Shown: positions 45,599 to 56,696 of the stretch, one piece after another | Numbering within the stretch: the stretch's first letter is position 1 | Layout of the letters: every line of letters starts with the position of its first letter | Assembly (NCBI GenBank): GCA_050329585.1 | Contig: JBHJOR010000035.1 | Location: 1,434 to 65,433 of the forward strand | Direction: 5' to 3' | Source of the DNA: Candidatus Methylacidiphilales bacterium | GTDB lineage: Bacteria > Verrucomicrobiota > Verrucomicrobiia > Methylacidiphilales > JBCBYL01 | DNA length: 64,000 nt | Program-made: the position numbers and the translations under genes | The notes under the pieces: generated by a model | The model's database searches: none | The model's input: the letters and a program-made list of their open reading frames with translations, nothing else | Told to the model about the DNA's origin: nothing

Positions 45599-46463
45599 AG
45601 AACAGTGGGTGGAACGCTTGACTCGAATATGGCCTAAGGGCTCACGGGTGCGTTTGGGGCCCGGTGATGATGCGGCGGTGACAATGGCACCCACCCGGGG
45701 AAGGGACTTAGTTTCCAAGGTGGATGCCGTAGTGGAGGAGGTGCATTTTCAAACAAGTGATCGGCCTTCAGCCGTCGGTCACAAGGCCTTGGCGCGTGCC
45801 ATCAGTGATTTTGCGGCGATGGGAGCCCGGCCTCGACACGCTCTGATCACGGTAGGCTTTCCGATCGGTGAAGGTGCCTGGCCGTGGGTGGAAGGTGTAT
45901 ACTCCGGTATGAGCCGATTGGCCGCTCAGTATACAATCGGTCTGGTGGGCGGAGAGCTAACACGATCTGCCGTAAAATGGATCAATGTGACCCTTTTGGG
46001 TGATGTGGCCTGTGGCAAGGCGGTGACCCGTTCCGGAGGACTTCCGGGTGATGTGTTGATCGTGACGGGTCGCTTGGGAGGGTCGTTTCCAAAACGGCAT
46101 TTAAGTTTCATTCCGCGGCTTGAAGAAGGATGCTGGCTGGCATCGGCAGGTGCCCGCGCCATGATGGATTTAAGTGATGGGTTGGGCAAAGATTTACCTC
46201 GTCTGGCGGTAGCCAGCGGTTGCACTTATCGCATCAAGACCAAATCCTTACCGCGTCATCGCGGTTGTTCGATCGAACAAGCGATTAACGATGGGGAGGA
46301 TTATGAGTTGTTGGCTGCCATACCACCCAAACGGGTGAAGATTTTTTTGAAAAAATGGCCATTTTCCGTTCCCTTAACCGTGATTGGTGAATTACTACCC
46401 GCAAGCCAAGCTCCGGAAGCGGACGGGGTTCGCTTCAGCGGATGGGATCACTGCTCGGAATGA
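45582..46463 (+). CDS. thiL: Thiamine-monophosphate kinase
   Basis: The motifs GPGDDAAV, KVDAVVEEVHF, GHKALARAISDFAAMGARP and MMDLSDGL are present. Confidence 0.85.
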   Translation: MRPRTEEQWVERLTRIWPKGSRVRLGPGDDAAVTMAPTRGRDLVSKVDAVVEEVHFQTSDRPSAVGHKALARAISDFAAMGARPRHALITVGFPIGEGAWPWVEGVYSGMSRLAAQYTIGLVGGELTRSAVKWINVTLLGDVACGKAVTRSGGLPGDVLIVTGRLGGSFPKRHLSFIPRLEEGCWLASAGARAMMDLSDGLGKDLPRLAVASGCTYRIKTKSLPRHRGCSIEQAINDGEDYELLAAIPPKRVKIFLKKWPFSVPLTVIGELLPASQAPEADGVRFSGWDHCSE

Positions 46464-47308
46464 TCTTTTTCCGAAGTAGGAAGCCCGCCCTTGAGGTGGA
46501 CATCGCGCTGAGGAAAAGGAATATTGATGCCGTGTTCCCTGAAGGCGGCGAGAATACCAAAATTAATATTGCTGATCATGGTGAGGGGGCGGATACCTAC
46601 CGTGTTGCGCCAGATTCCGAGTTCAAAATTCAGACTGCTATCGCCAAAGCTACGGAAATAAACAGCGGGCGCCGGGTATTCCAGCACATCAGGAGTGCGA
46701 CGGGCCACTTCCAGTAGAACCTGTTTCACTTTTTCGACATCACTTCCGTAGGAAACACCAATGGGGATACGCATACGGACTTCCGGTGAGCCGTGGCTCC
46801 AGTTGACGACACGGCCGGTGACCAGTTCTGAGTTGGGAACGATGACCGAAATGTTGTCATTGGTCAGCACCGTGGTGCTACGAATGGAAATACGTTCGAT
46901 TTTTCCCGACAAGTCACCGAGGTCCACATAATCACCTGCCCGGATGGGTTGCTCAAAAAGCAGTATCAAACCGCTGACAAAATTTTGGAAAATGTTTTGT
47001 AATCCAAACCCGATTCCCACACTAAGTGCTCCCAGAATCACTGCCAGCGAAGAGAGATTAAATCCCATGCCGGTCAGGCCCACCAAAAGTGCTATACCCC
47101 AGAAAAAATAGCGCGTTAGCGCTAAAATGGCAAAGCGGTTACCGGCGTCGATTTGAATCCGGTTGAAAAGGTGGGCGAGAAGCCATCGACGCAGGAGGAT
47201 GGAAAACAACAACACCCCGCAGGACAGTAATGCTCCGGCAAACAAAGAGCCCGCCGTGATGGCAACACCGGAGATATTAAGAATTTGGGTTTGAAATATC
47301 TCCATCAC
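46448..47308 (-). CDS. Small-conductance mechanosensitive channel (MscS family)
   Basis: It has three N-terminal TM helices. FGLQNIFQNFVSGLILLFEQPIRAGDYV and the beta-domain pattern ...VVNWSHGSP... fit MscS. Confidence 0.85.
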   Translation of the reverse strand: MMEIFQTQILNISGVAITAGSLFAGALLSCGVLLFSILLRRWLLAHLFNRIQIDAGNRFAILALTRYFFWGIALLVGLTGMGFNLSSLAVILGALSVGIGFGLQNIFQNFVSGLILLFEQPIRAGDYVDLGDLSGKIERISIRSTTVLTNDNISVIVPNSELVTGRVVNWSHGSPEVRMRIPIGVSYGSDVEKVKQVLLEVARRTPDVLEYPAPAVYFRSFGDSSLNFELGIWRNTVGIRPLTMISNINFGILAAFREHGINIPFPQRDVHLKGGLPTSEKDHSEQ

Positions 47309-47323
47309 CGGATGATACCTGTT

Positions 47324-47746
47324 CTAGATGTCAATGATAGGTCCTGAACCGGGAGGAGGTTTGGGGCCATTGCGCGGTGAATCCGTTGATCTGGTAACCG
47401 TGGTGCGGGCTTTAACGTTCGTTCCGGCGAAAAGGTTGATCAGGCTGATAATAAGGGCTCCGCCCAATGCCGACCAAAACCCTTCGATGGTAAAACCTGG
47501 CACCAAAAAGGCGGTGAGCTTGAGCATCAGCGCGTTGATGACAAATAAAAACAAGCCCAGTGTGACCAGTAGAAAAGGTAAGGAGAGCAATAAAAGAATG
47601 GGACGTAACACCGCATTGAGTAATCCGAGAACCAGTGCGGCAATGGCCAAAGCTTGCCAGCTATCGTATTGAATGCCCGGAATCAAATAGGCGGCCACCC
47701 AAACGGTAAGCATGGTAAAGAGCCAGCGAAATATCATGGATAACAT
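47324..47746 (-). CDS. Four-TM membrane protein of the 'phage holin 4_2' (PF04020-like) family
   Basis: The sequence WVAAYLIPGIQYDSWQALAIAALVLGLLNAVLRPILLLLSLPFLLVTLGLFLFVINALML resembles this widespread family. There is no phage context. Confidence 0.6.
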   Translation of the reverse strand: MLSMIFRWLFTMLTVWVAAYLIPGIQYDSWQALAIAALVLGLLNAVLRPILLLLSLPFLLVTLGLFLFVINALMLKLTAFLVPGFTIEGFWSALGGALIISLINLFAGTNVKARTTVTRSTDSPRNGPKPPPGSGPIIDI

Positions 47747-47786
47747 AATGTGATTCTACTCCGTATTGATGAGATAAAAAGGCAAA

Positions 47787-48875
47787 TCAGGTATGCAGGT
47801 ATTGTTTGACTACCCGGTCGGTGATATGGCACCAGATTTCGTAGGGTATGGTTCCCGCCCAATTCGCCATGTCATTGGCAGTGATGTGGTGTTGACCGGA
47901 TGAGCCCAAGAGAATCGCGGTGTCGCCGCGGCGGACGTTAAGCCCGGTAGGAACCTCCACCAAAATTTGATCCATGGTGATGCGTCCCCGAATCGGGCAG
48001 CGGGTTCCACGGATTAAAACATGGCTTTTCGATCCCAGACAGCGGAACAGTCCATCGCCATAACCCACTGCAAGGGTGGCAATACGGGTGGTGCGAGCCG
48101 TCAGGTAGGTGGATCCGTAACTCAGTGGAGTGCGGGCGGGCACCTGTCGCACCGATACCACGCGGCATTTCCACGTCAGTGCGGGCTTGAGTTGGATCTT
48201 GGTGCGAGGAAGCGGGGAGACTCCAAAAACGATAATACCGGGCCGCACCATATCCTGATGGGCATCCGTTAGGGTGAGAAGTCCAGCGCTGTTGGAACAG
48301 TGGCGGAGCACTCCGGGAGGCGAGGGGATTCCAGAAAAAAGTCTCCATTGGGTTTGGGTGAAGGATTTGGAATCGTCCGCTCGGGCGAAATGGGTGTAAA
48401 ATCCTTGGAGCTCCAAGTGTGAGCAGGCAGAAACAAACGCCAACAAGGAGGCGGCTTCATGGGGGCGACAGCCGAGCCTTCCCATTCCGGTATCGACTTT
48501 GACGTGCACGCCGATGGGAAAACCGCTGGCACGGGCCGCTTTCTGCACCACTCGGGCTTCGGCTATGCAGGAGATGGTAATGGAAAGGCGGCGGCGGGCG
48601 ATTTCATCCAGCTCTTCATCGAGAAATCCACTGAGCAGAAGAATGGGGGTGCGGATCCCATTTCGTCTCATGGCGATCGCCTCGCCGGCGTTGGCGCATC
48701 CGATCCATTCGCAGCCGCACTGTTGGAAAACGGTGGCCATTTCTAAAGCGCCATGCCCGTAGGCATCGGCCTTCACCATGGGCATGAGACGGGTGCCTTG
48801 GGGTAAATACGCCCGGAGGGCATGAAGGTTGTTCCGGATCGCGTTCAAATCAATTTCGCACCAACAGCGGCTCAT
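47787..48875 (-). CDS. alr: Alanine racemase
   Basis: The sequence is MSRCWCEIDLNAIRNNLHAL...MPMVKADAYGHG, with the PLP lysine motif, and ATLAVGYGDG. The listed ORF extends to 48992, but Met at 48875 matches the family N-terminus. Confidence 0.9.
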   Translation of the reverse strand: MSRCWCEIDLNAIRNNLHALRAYLPQGTRLMPMVKADAYGHGALEMATVFQQCGCEWIGCANAGEAIAMRRNGIRTPILLLSGFLDEELDEIARRRLSITISCIAEARVVQKAARASGFPIGVHVKVDTGMGRLGCRPHEAASLLAFVSACSHLELQGFYTHFARADDSKSFTQTQWRLFSGIPSPPGVLRHCSNSAGLLTLTDAHQDMVRPGIIVFGVSPLPRTKIQLKPALTWKCRVVSVRQVPARTPLSYGSTYLTARTTRIATLAVGYGDGLFRCLGSKSHVLIRGTRCPIRGRITMDQILVEVPTGLNVRRGDTAILLGSSGQHHITANDMANWAGTIPYEIWCHITDRVVKQYLHT

Positions 48876-48982
48876 ATGATTAAGGGTAAGAAGTGGTTGG
48901 AGTGTGACAAGCCCGCGCTTATAACCTTGAGCATTCAGGGATGGGTCTTGACCGAACCAGATCGCAGCGCGAAAATTTGAAC

Positions 48983-49363
48983 ATGAAAACAATCCAGCGC
49001 GAATTCACCAATGAGGATGTGGCGGTGAGGGCATATTATCTCTGGGAAGCGGCGGGATATCCCGTTTCTTCCGGACATGAGTTCTGGTATGAAGCACTCA
49101 ACCAAATGGAAATAGAGCACTCAAAAAAAATTGCGACGGTCTCTGCAATCCTGCCATCTGAGGCGGGCGTGGGTAAAAAAACGGCTGTAAAAAATAGACG
49201 TCAGCCCAAGGCAAAGGTCTCATCTGAAGAAAAGCCCCAGCCGTCGAAGAAAAAGAAAAAGAACAAAAAAAAGAACAGTCTTGAGAGCGATAAACCGAAG
49301 CCCAAAAAGCCTAAGGTAAAAAAAGATTTTTCCAAAAAGAGTTCAAACAAATCCAAATCTTGA
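48983..49363 (+). CDS. DUF2934-domain protein with lysine-rich C-terminal tail
   Basis: The N-terminus is MKTIQREFTNEDVAVRAYYLWEAAGYPVSSGHEFWYEALNQME (DUF2934-like RAY.LW..G.P.G....W). A K/P/S-rich tail follows, including KKKKKNKKKN. Confidence 0.6.
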   Translation: MKTIQREFTNEDVAVRAYYLWEAAGYPVSSGHEFWYEALNQMEIEHSKKIATVSAILPSEAGVGKKTAVKNRRQPKAKVSSEEKPQPSKKKKKNKKKNSLESDKPKPKKPKVKKDFSKKSSNKSKS

Positions 49364-49403
49364 AGATCTTTAACGGTTCGGACTGGAACGTATTTACCAA
49401 AAA

Positions 49404-52211
49404 CTAAAGTGATTGGCATAACTGCCTAGCCGCTTCGAGTGCGGCCTGAAGACCGGAGGGATCAGTTCCTCCACCTTGGGCCATGTCGGGACGTCCACCG
49501 CCTTTTCCGCCGATTAGCGGAGAAATGGTTTTGACGACCTGACCAGCAGGAAGCTGCTTTTGATAAGCGGCTGAAACCGATACCGCCAAAGCGACTTTGC
49601 CATCGGAATGGGTGGCCAGCACCGCCACACCTTCAAAGTGCTTTTTGAGTTCTCCCAGAGCCGCCTGCAAAAAGGAGGCGTCGGCATCTTCGATGATCCG
49701 GGCCAGAAAGGGTATGCTGCCGGATCGATCAGCCTGTTGAGCCCATTGTGGAGCGAGGCTGGCAGCTTGGCTGAGCAGCGCCGCCTGTTGCGTGCGGGCC
49801 TGCTCTTTATCCCAGGTTTTAATTTCCTCTCGTAACGCTTCAATAACCCCGCGGTTAGAATCAAGAATGTTCCAGCCCTCTGTAACAGAGGACTGATTCC
49901 AAGTCTGGAGAATCAGACGGGTGTCCGATTTCTTTGCCTTGAGTTGATGATGAAGCGATTCAAGTTTTTCTGTCTCGTTGAGAAGATAGGGGCGCAGTGC
50001 TTCTCCGCAGAGGGCTTCAATACGTCGCACCCCGGCTGCGATGGCGTGTTCGCCGATGATGCGGCAGGGGCCAATGGTCAAAGTGTGGGTGACGTGGGTG
50101 CCGCCGCAAAGTTCCTTGGAGAAACCTCCAATATCGACCACTCGAACCGTCTCCCCATATTTATCACCGAAAAACTGAATAATGGTGGAGTCGTTCTTCA
50201 CCTCGGCGTAGGGACGCTCATACCATTGTACCCCTGCATCATGTAGAATGCGGTCGTTAACAAGGCGCTCGACTTCCACCAGCTCATCGGGTTTGAGCGC
50301 TTCCAGATGTGAAAAGTCAAAGCGCAGTCGGTCTGGTCCGACGTAGGATCCTTTTTGGCTGATGGTAGATCCGAGCACTTCGCGCAATGCCCAGTGGAGC
50401 AGGTGAGTGGCAGAGTGGTGGGCTTCAATGAGAGCGCGACGTTCAGTATTAATCACGGCCTTGGCGGGCAGAGTGAGATCGTCAAGAAGGGCGACGTCTT
50501 CAGTGAGATGGGCGATGCCGCGACCCACCTTGCGGGTGTCGATAATTTCGATGCGATGTCCGGCAACTTCGAGCCAACCGGTGTCGCCCACTTGTCCTCC
50601 CATTTCGGCGTAGAACGGTGTGGGCGAGAAATAAAGCCGCGCTTTGATGATGTCATCCTCAGACTTTCCAAAATCGATTTTGTAAGTAGCCATCTCGATC
50701 TGTGTTTCGGTGGAGTCGTAGCCAACGAAGGAAGCGAGGGGGATAGAATCGTCCGACTCGGCCACATCGATAATTTCTTTCTTTTGAGCGGCTTGGGAGC
50801 GTTGTTTTTGTTCCTGCATCAGGGCATCAAAACCTGCTGTATCCACGCTGAGACCGCGCTCCCGGGCCATGAGTTCGGTCATGTCCAAAGGGAAGCCGTA
50901 GGTATCGTAGAGTTTGAAGGCGATGTCACCCGGAAAGATGCATGGATTTTTCGAGGTGTGATCCGTGGGGGCGATAGCGGCGATATGACCTTCAAAGAGG
51001 GCGATGCCGTGATCAAGCGTTCGATTGAAGCTTTCCTCTTCGGCCTTGAGAACTTTTTCAATAGTTGCGTGGTTTTGTTTCAGTTCAGGGAAGACAGGGC
51101 TGAGTTGCTCGACGACGGTAGGGACGAGTTTGTAGAAGAAGGGATCACGAAGGTTTAAGGCGCGAGACCAAAGAATGGCGCGGCGGAGGATGCGTCGCAG
51201 GACGTAGTTGCGGCCATTATTTCCGGGAAGAATGCCGTCGGCTACCGAGAGGCTCAAGGTGCGGATGTGATCGGCGATGACTCGGAAGGCCACGTCCTGG
51301 CGTTCCTGCTCGTTGAGGCCGACGACGCCTTGTTTGGGCAAAGTATGGCCGTAGCGTTTGCCAGAGATATTTTCCAACTCCCGGAAAATGGGGGTGAAGA
51401 CATCCGTTTCGTAGTTTGAAATGGTTCCGGTGAAGTCAGAGAAATTTTGGGTGCACTGGAGGATGGAGCAGACGCGCTCGAAGCCCATGCCGGTATCAAC
51501 GTGTCGGGCGGGCAGGGGGCGGAAGGTGGCGTCGGCGTTGGCGTTGAACTGGATGAAGACGAGGTTCCAGATTTCGATGCATCGGGAGTCGCCCGCGTTG
51601 ACGAGGGACCCGCGTGTATCGCCTTCCGGGGTGAGGTCAACGTGCAGTTCTGAACAAGGTCCGCAGGGGCCGGTCTCGCCCATCATCCAGAAGTTGTCTT
51701 TTTTGTTGCCGTTGACGATGTGGATCTTGGGATCTAGCCCTGCCTTCGTGAAGAGCGTGGCCCAGATGTCGTAGGCTTCCTGGTCGAAGTCGGCGGGGTC
51801 GCCTAGCGATTTGTCGGGAGAGTAGACGGTGGCGTAAAGTCGCTGAGGCGGAAAGTTCCAGCGATCCACGATGAGCTCCCACGCCCAGGAAATCGCTTCT
51901 TTTTTGAAATAATCGCCAAAGGACCAGTTTCCAAGCATTTCAAACAGGGTGTGGTGGTAGGTGTCGAGGCCGACGTCTTCGAGATCGTTGTGTTTGCCTC
52001 CGGCACGGATGCATTTCTGGGTGTCGGCGGCACGCGGTGGGGAGTAGGGACTTGGGGTCTCATTGAGAAAAATGGGGACGAACTGGTTCATCCCAGCATT
52101 GGTGAAGAGGAGGCCGGGTGATTCAGGAAGAAGAGAGGAAGAAGGAACGATGGTGTGCTGCTTCTCTTTGAAGAAGTCGAGAAAGCTCTGGCGGATTTCG
52201 GCGGAGGTCAT
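49404..52211 (-). CDS. alaS: Alanine--tRNA ligase
   Basis: The N-terminus is MTSAEIRQSFLDFFKEKQHTIVPSS. FTNAGMNQF, the editing-domain HSATHLLH and the C-terminal GGKGGGRPDMAQGGG are present. The protein is 935 aa. Confidence 0.97.
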   Translation of the reverse strand: MTSAEIRQSFLDFFKEKQHTIVPSSSLLPESPGLLFTNAGMNQFVPIFLNETPSPYSPPRAADTQKCIRAGGKHNDLEDVGLDTYHHTLFEMLGNWSFGDYFKKEAISWAWELIVDRWNFPPQRLYATVYSPDKSLGDPADFDQEAYDIWATLFTKAGLDPKIHIVNGNKKDNFWMMGETGPCGPCSELHVDLTPEGDTRGSLVNAGDSRCIEIWNLVFIQFNANADATFRPLPARHVDTGMGFERVCSILQCTQNFSDFTGTISNYETDVFTPIFRELENISGKRYGHTLPKQGVVGLNEQERQDVAFRVIADHIRTLSLSVADGILPGNNGRNYVLRRILRRAILWSRALNLRDPFFYKLVPTVVEQLSPVFPELKQNHATIEKVLKAEEESFNRTLDHGIALFEGHIAAIAPTDHTSKNPCIFPGDIAFKLYDTYGFPLDMTELMARERGLSVDTAGFDALMQEQKQRSQAAQKKEIIDVAESDDSIPLASFVGYDSTETQIEMATYKIDFGKSEDDIIKARLYFSPTPFYAEMGGQVGDTGWLEVAGHRIEIIDTRKVGRGIAHLTEDVALLDDLTLPAKAVINTERRALIEAHHSATHLLHWALREVLGSTISQKGSYVGPDRLRFDFSHLEALKPDELVEVERLVNDRILHDAGVQWYERPYAEVKNDSTIIQFFGDKYGETVRVVDIGGFSKELCGGTHVTHTLTIGPCRIIGEHAIAAGVRRIEALCGEALRPYLLNETEKLESLHHQLKAKKSDTRLILQTWNQSSVTEGWNILDSNRGVIEALREEIKTWDKEQARTQQAALLSQAASLAPQWAQQADRSGSIPFLARIIEDADASFLQAALGELKKHFEGVAVLATHSDGKVALAVSVSAAYQKQLPAGQVVKTISPLIGGKGGGRPDMAQGGGTDPSGLQAALEAARQLCQSL

Positions 52212-52387
52212 GATACGTGGAAAAAGTGGATGAGTCGATTAGTTGGGTAAAGGGTACAGTAGCTGGTAATTTTAGCGTTTGATACGGGTCTGACAATCCT
52301 GATTCCACCTCAGATAGGATGAGAGTCCGGAGTTGAAGGTGACAGGGAGTGATTTACATTGGACAAGGGAGCGACCCTAATGCAGGA

Positions 52388-53833
52388 ATGCCCACCGATA
52401 TGATAGAAACACGTGAAACGATAATAGAAGCCATCAGCCGTCGGGCGGAATCAAGTTCAGATCATCCGGCTTTGGTGGTGGAAGCCGCGGATGGGGGGCG
52501 AATGGAAGTGAGTTATGGTCATTTGATGAACCGGGTTGAAGCCTTGTCCGCTGAATTGCTGGAATGTGGGCTGACGCGGGGGGACAGATGCGGGTTGATT
52601 TCGAGGCAAGGGATGGATTTTATAGTGGAGGGCCTCGCGGTGATGGGGGCTGGTTTATGTTTGGTTCCCCTTTCTGATGACAGCAGCAACGAGGAACGTG
52701 AAGAATGGTCGCGACATGCGCGGCTGCACGGTATACTCAACACGAGCCAGTCCCATCAGGTGCAGATATGCCGTAACCATGAACTGATGGATAAGGAAGT
52801 TGAGTGGCGATTCAAAATGATGAATCCAGCCTATCTGCGTTTCACATCGGGCACCACCAACGAGCGCAAGGGTGTGGTGCTCAGTCATGGTGCCATCATG
52901 GAGCGTTTAGATGGTGCCAATAAGGCATTAAAAATCGGAAGCCAGGATCGGATCTTGTGGCTGCTGCCCATGGCACATCATTGGGTGGTTTCAATCCTGC
53001 TTTATCTAAGGCAAGGAGCGACGATTTTGCTGCCCTTGAAACAAGGGGAAACCAGTTGGAATTTTGCCGCTAAGGAGCAGGCAACCGTCATGTATGCTTC
53101 TCCTCATGATTATGGATGCATGGTTCAGTCGGGCGGCGAACGGACACTGACGACTCTGCGTTTAGCGATATCGACGGCAGTGGGATTGGACGAGGAAACA
53201 GCGAAACAATTTTTATGCAAAACGGGAGTGCCGTTATCTCAAGCACTGGGAATCATTGAAATGGGGCTCCCGGTAGTCAACCTGCTTCGTGCCAAAGAAA
53301 AACCCTTGTCAGTGGGTCAAGTGGTGGACGGTTATCACGTCGGTCTTTTTAATGAGGCAGGCGATTCAGTAACAGGATGTGGTCGCGAAGCCTGCGGTGA
53401 GGTTTTCATCAAAGGGCCGGGATCCTTGAGCGCCTATTTGGATCCTTGGATGGAGTCTTCGGCCATAATCGGATCAAGAGGTTTTGCAACGGGTGATCAA
53501 GGTTATTTTGACCAAGAGGGGGATCTGCATTTACTGGGACGTCGAGGCAACAGGATTCACGTTGGTGGCATGAAATTTTTCTCCGAGGAAGTTGAAGCTG
53601 TGATCAATAGTCACCCTGAGGTAATGGAATCACGGGTGCGTGGAGAGATTCTAGCTGACGAAGGGGAGGTGCCGGTGGTTGATATATGCCTACGCACGGG
53701 GAGCTCAGGGTTGGATTTGGAACGGCTTAAGTCTTATTGTAAGGAAAAATTGAGCCGTCATAAAATCCCCCAGCGTATGACCCTTGTGAATGAAATCCCT
53801 AAAACACCCACAGGCAAAATACGCAGGTGGTAG
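52388..53833 (+). CDS. AMP-dependent synthetase/ligase (acyl-CoA ligase-like)
   Basis: The motifs FTSGTTNERKGVVLSH, TGDQGYFDQEGDLHLLGRRGNRIHVGGMKF and PKTPTGKIRR are present. The listed ORF starts at GTG 52349; I took the first ATG, but the start is uncertain. Confidence 0.8.
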   Translation: MPTDMIETRETIIEAISRRAESSSDHPALVVEAADGGRMEVSYGHLMNRVEALSAELLECGLTRGDRCGLISRQGMDFIVEGLAVMGAGLCLVPLSDDSSNEEREEWSRHARLHGILNTSQSHQVQICRNHELMDKEVEWRFKMMNPAYLRFTSGTTNERKGVVLSHGAIMERLDGANKALKIGSQDRILWLLPMAHHWVVSILLYLRQGATILLPLKQGETSWNFAAKEQATVMYASPHDYGCMVQSGGERTLTTLRLAISTAVGLDEETAKQFLCKTGVPLSQALGIIEMGLPVVNLLRAKEKPLSVGQVVDGYHVGLFNEAGDSVTGCGREACGEVFIKGPGSLSAYLDPWMESSAIIGSRGFATGDQGYFDQEGDLHLLGRRGNRIHVGGMKFFSEEVEAVINSHPEVMESRVRGEILADEGEVPVVDICLRTGSSGLDLERLKSYCKEKLSRHKIPQRMTLVNEIPKTPTGKIRRW

Positions 53834-53899
53834 CCTTAGAGGTAAGCGATTGAGAGTGTCAAATGGACTGGCAGATTCTCCGGCGTGGGTTAATTTACC

Positions 53900-54655
53900 G
53901 TGATGAAATATGCGGCAAAAGTGACCGGAGGTTCTGGGCCTCATCTACTCTTCAGGATTTTTTTAGTCTGGGCGACGGTGGGCCTGCTGATAACCGGGTT
54001 CAATATCACCGTCTTGACGGTGGAGCAATGGAATGTGCCGCCGGTCATCCGGGATTTTTTTCAGAATTGTCTGTTATGGGGCGATTTTATCTTTCTGGCC
54101 TTGTCATTTGCGGTGATTCTTCAGCTTTATGCTTCGTGGCTGGGTTGGGTAAGAGCCGTTGGGGGAGCCGTGTTGGTTGGCGCACTGGGTGGTGTGGCAG
54201 AATGGGTGGGAACACGCACCGGATTGCCATTTGGTAGTTATCATTACACGGAAAACATGGGGCCGATGATTGGTGGTCAACTTCCTTGGGCTATACCGTT
54301 GGCGTGGTGGACAGTGATTGGCTCATTCCATTTGCTCCTAAGAGCGTGGTGGCCCTCCTTGGGGTCGTGGTCGACGGCGGTCATGGTGGGGATTCTGGCC
54401 ACAGGTTTCGATTATATAATGGAACCTTACGCTTGGCAAATTAAGACCTACTGGATCTGGCATCAGGGCAGTGTTCCGTGGTTGAATTATGCCTCGTGGT
54501 TCGTGCTTTCGTTGACATTTTCTATCATGTTGGCGGCTCTGGGTGCATGGGGCTCACCGGGTAAAAGTGTGGCGGTGCCCCGCGCTCTCTGGGTCATGGT
54601 TTTGATATGCTCGCTTTTCCTGCTCGGAAGAGCGGTGCATTCGGGATGGTTCTAA
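53900..54655 (+). CDS. Membrane protein resembling the carotenoid-biosynthesis DUF422 family
   Basis: It is polytopic, and TGLPFGSYHYTENMGPMIGGQLPWAIPLAWW resembles the DUF422 core. This is a tentative call. Confidence 0.5.
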   Translation: MMKYAAKVTGGSGPHLLFRIFLVWATVGLLITGFNITVLTVEQWNVPPVIRDFFQNCLLWGDFIFLALSFAVILQLYASWLGWVRAVGGAVLVGALGGVAEWVGTRTGLPFGSYHYTENMGPMIGGQLPWAIPLAWWTVIGSFHLLLRAWWPSLGSWSTAVMVGILATGFDYIMEPYAWQIKTYWIWHQGSVPWLNYASWFVLSLTFSIMLAALGAWGSPGKSVAVPRALWVMVLICSLFLLGRAVHSGWF

Positions 54656-54708
54656 GCGAAAAAAGGGATTCAACACGGGTGGTGCTTTTCTCTTTATTTC
54701 CGGCATGA

Positions 54709-55734
<1,026 letters not shown>

Positions 55735-55747
55735 GCCGTCTTCGGGC

Positions 55748-56674
55748 ATGAAAAAAATCTTCATTGCCGGGCATCGCGGTCTGGTGGGCAGTGCGCTAAC
55801 CCGCCTTTATAGTAGCACCGAGGGATGGGAAATTCTGGTCAGAACTCGTGCAGAATTGGATTTGACGGATGAACGCTCAACCCTCGATTTTCTGCGTTCA
55901 GAAAAGCCGGATGTGGTGATTGACGCGGCGGCTAAGGTGGGAGGTATTCATGCCAACAACCAGTTTCCAGTGGACTTCCTGCTTCATAATCTAAAAATTC
56001 AAAACAGCCTCATCGCCGGGGCGCATCAGGCCGGGGTGGAAAAATTACTTTTTTTGGGTAGCTCCTGTATTTACCCGAAATTTGCACGCCAGCCGATCAC
56101 CGAAGACCAATTAATGACCGGATCATTGGAGCCCACCAATGACGCCTATGCGATTGCCAAAATTGCCGGTATTCAGCTTTGTCGTGCCTACCGAAAACAA
56201 TATGGCAGCCGCTTTATCTCTGCCATGCCGACTAATTTATATGGTCCGAACGATAACTTTGACCTGGAGACCTCGCACGTCCTGCCCGCTCTGATTCATA
56301 AATTTCATTTGGCGCAGAAACAGAAAAAAAATGAAGTAGTGCTGTGGGGCACGGGCACGCCCCGGCGCGAATTCCTCCACGTGGACGATCTGGCATCTGC
56401 CTGCCACCTTTTAGTTGAGAATTATGACTCGCCGGAAATCATCAATATCGGCACAGGTGAAGACGTAACCATCAAAGAACTGGCTGAGGCCGTCGGGCGG
56501 GTGGTTGGTTTCGAAGGCCAAATCACTTGGGATGACAGCAAGCCGGACGGCACCCCTCGCAAACTTTTAGATGTGACTCGACTTAAGTCCCTGGGTTGGC
56601 AACCCCGCATCCCATTGGAAGAAGGCATCCGCAGTGCCTACCAGTGGTTTTTAGATCATCACCCAGCGGCTTGA
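55748..56674 (+). CDS. fcl: GDP-L-fucose synthase
   Basis: The motifs IFIAGHRGLVGSAL, AAAKVGGIHANN, LGSSCIYP, YAIAKIAG and PTNLYGPNDNF are present. The gene directly follows gmd. Confidence 0.95.
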   Translation: MKKIFIAGHRGLVGSALTRLYSSTEGWEILVRTRAELDLTDERSTLDFLRSEKPDVVIDAAAKVGGIHANNQFPVDFLLHNLKIQNSLIAGAHQAGVEKLLFLGSSCIYPKFARQPITEDQLMTGSLEPTNDAYAIAKIAGIQLCRAYRKQYGSRFISAMPTNLYGPNDNFDLETSHVLPALIHKFHLAQKQKKNEVVLWGTGTPRREFLHVDDLASACHLLVENYDSPEIINIGTGEDVTIKELAEAVGRVVGFEGQITWDDSKPDGTPRKLLDVTRLKSLGWQPRIPLEEGIRSAYQWFLDHHPAA

Positions 56675-56696
56675 CGATCCTCATGGTGTTCTGAGA

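Noticed and set aside
47324-47746. A 'phage holin' family protein, considered as a possible sign of a prophage or lysis cassette.
   Set aside because: No endolysin, spanin, terminase, capsid, tail or integrase genes lie nearby. The flanks are mscS and alr. This four-TM family is widespread in non-phage chromosomal contexts.
48876-48992. N-terminal extensions in the listed ORFs for alr (39 aa), polA (19077..19139, 21 aa), the first BMC-P (3521..3568), ccsB, ccsA and the CcoN-like and CcoO-like genes.
   Set aside because: In each case an internal Met reproduces the family-typical N-terminus and/or coincides with a stop/start overlap or an upstream AGGAGG. I treat the longer forms as ORF-caller artefacts, though the starts remain unverified.
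47787-52211. The alr-alaS proximity, considered as a possible alanine-related operon.
   Set aside because: The two minus-strand genes are separated by a plus-strand gene (DUF2934) and its intergenic regions, so they are not co-transcribed. The adjacency may be coincidental.
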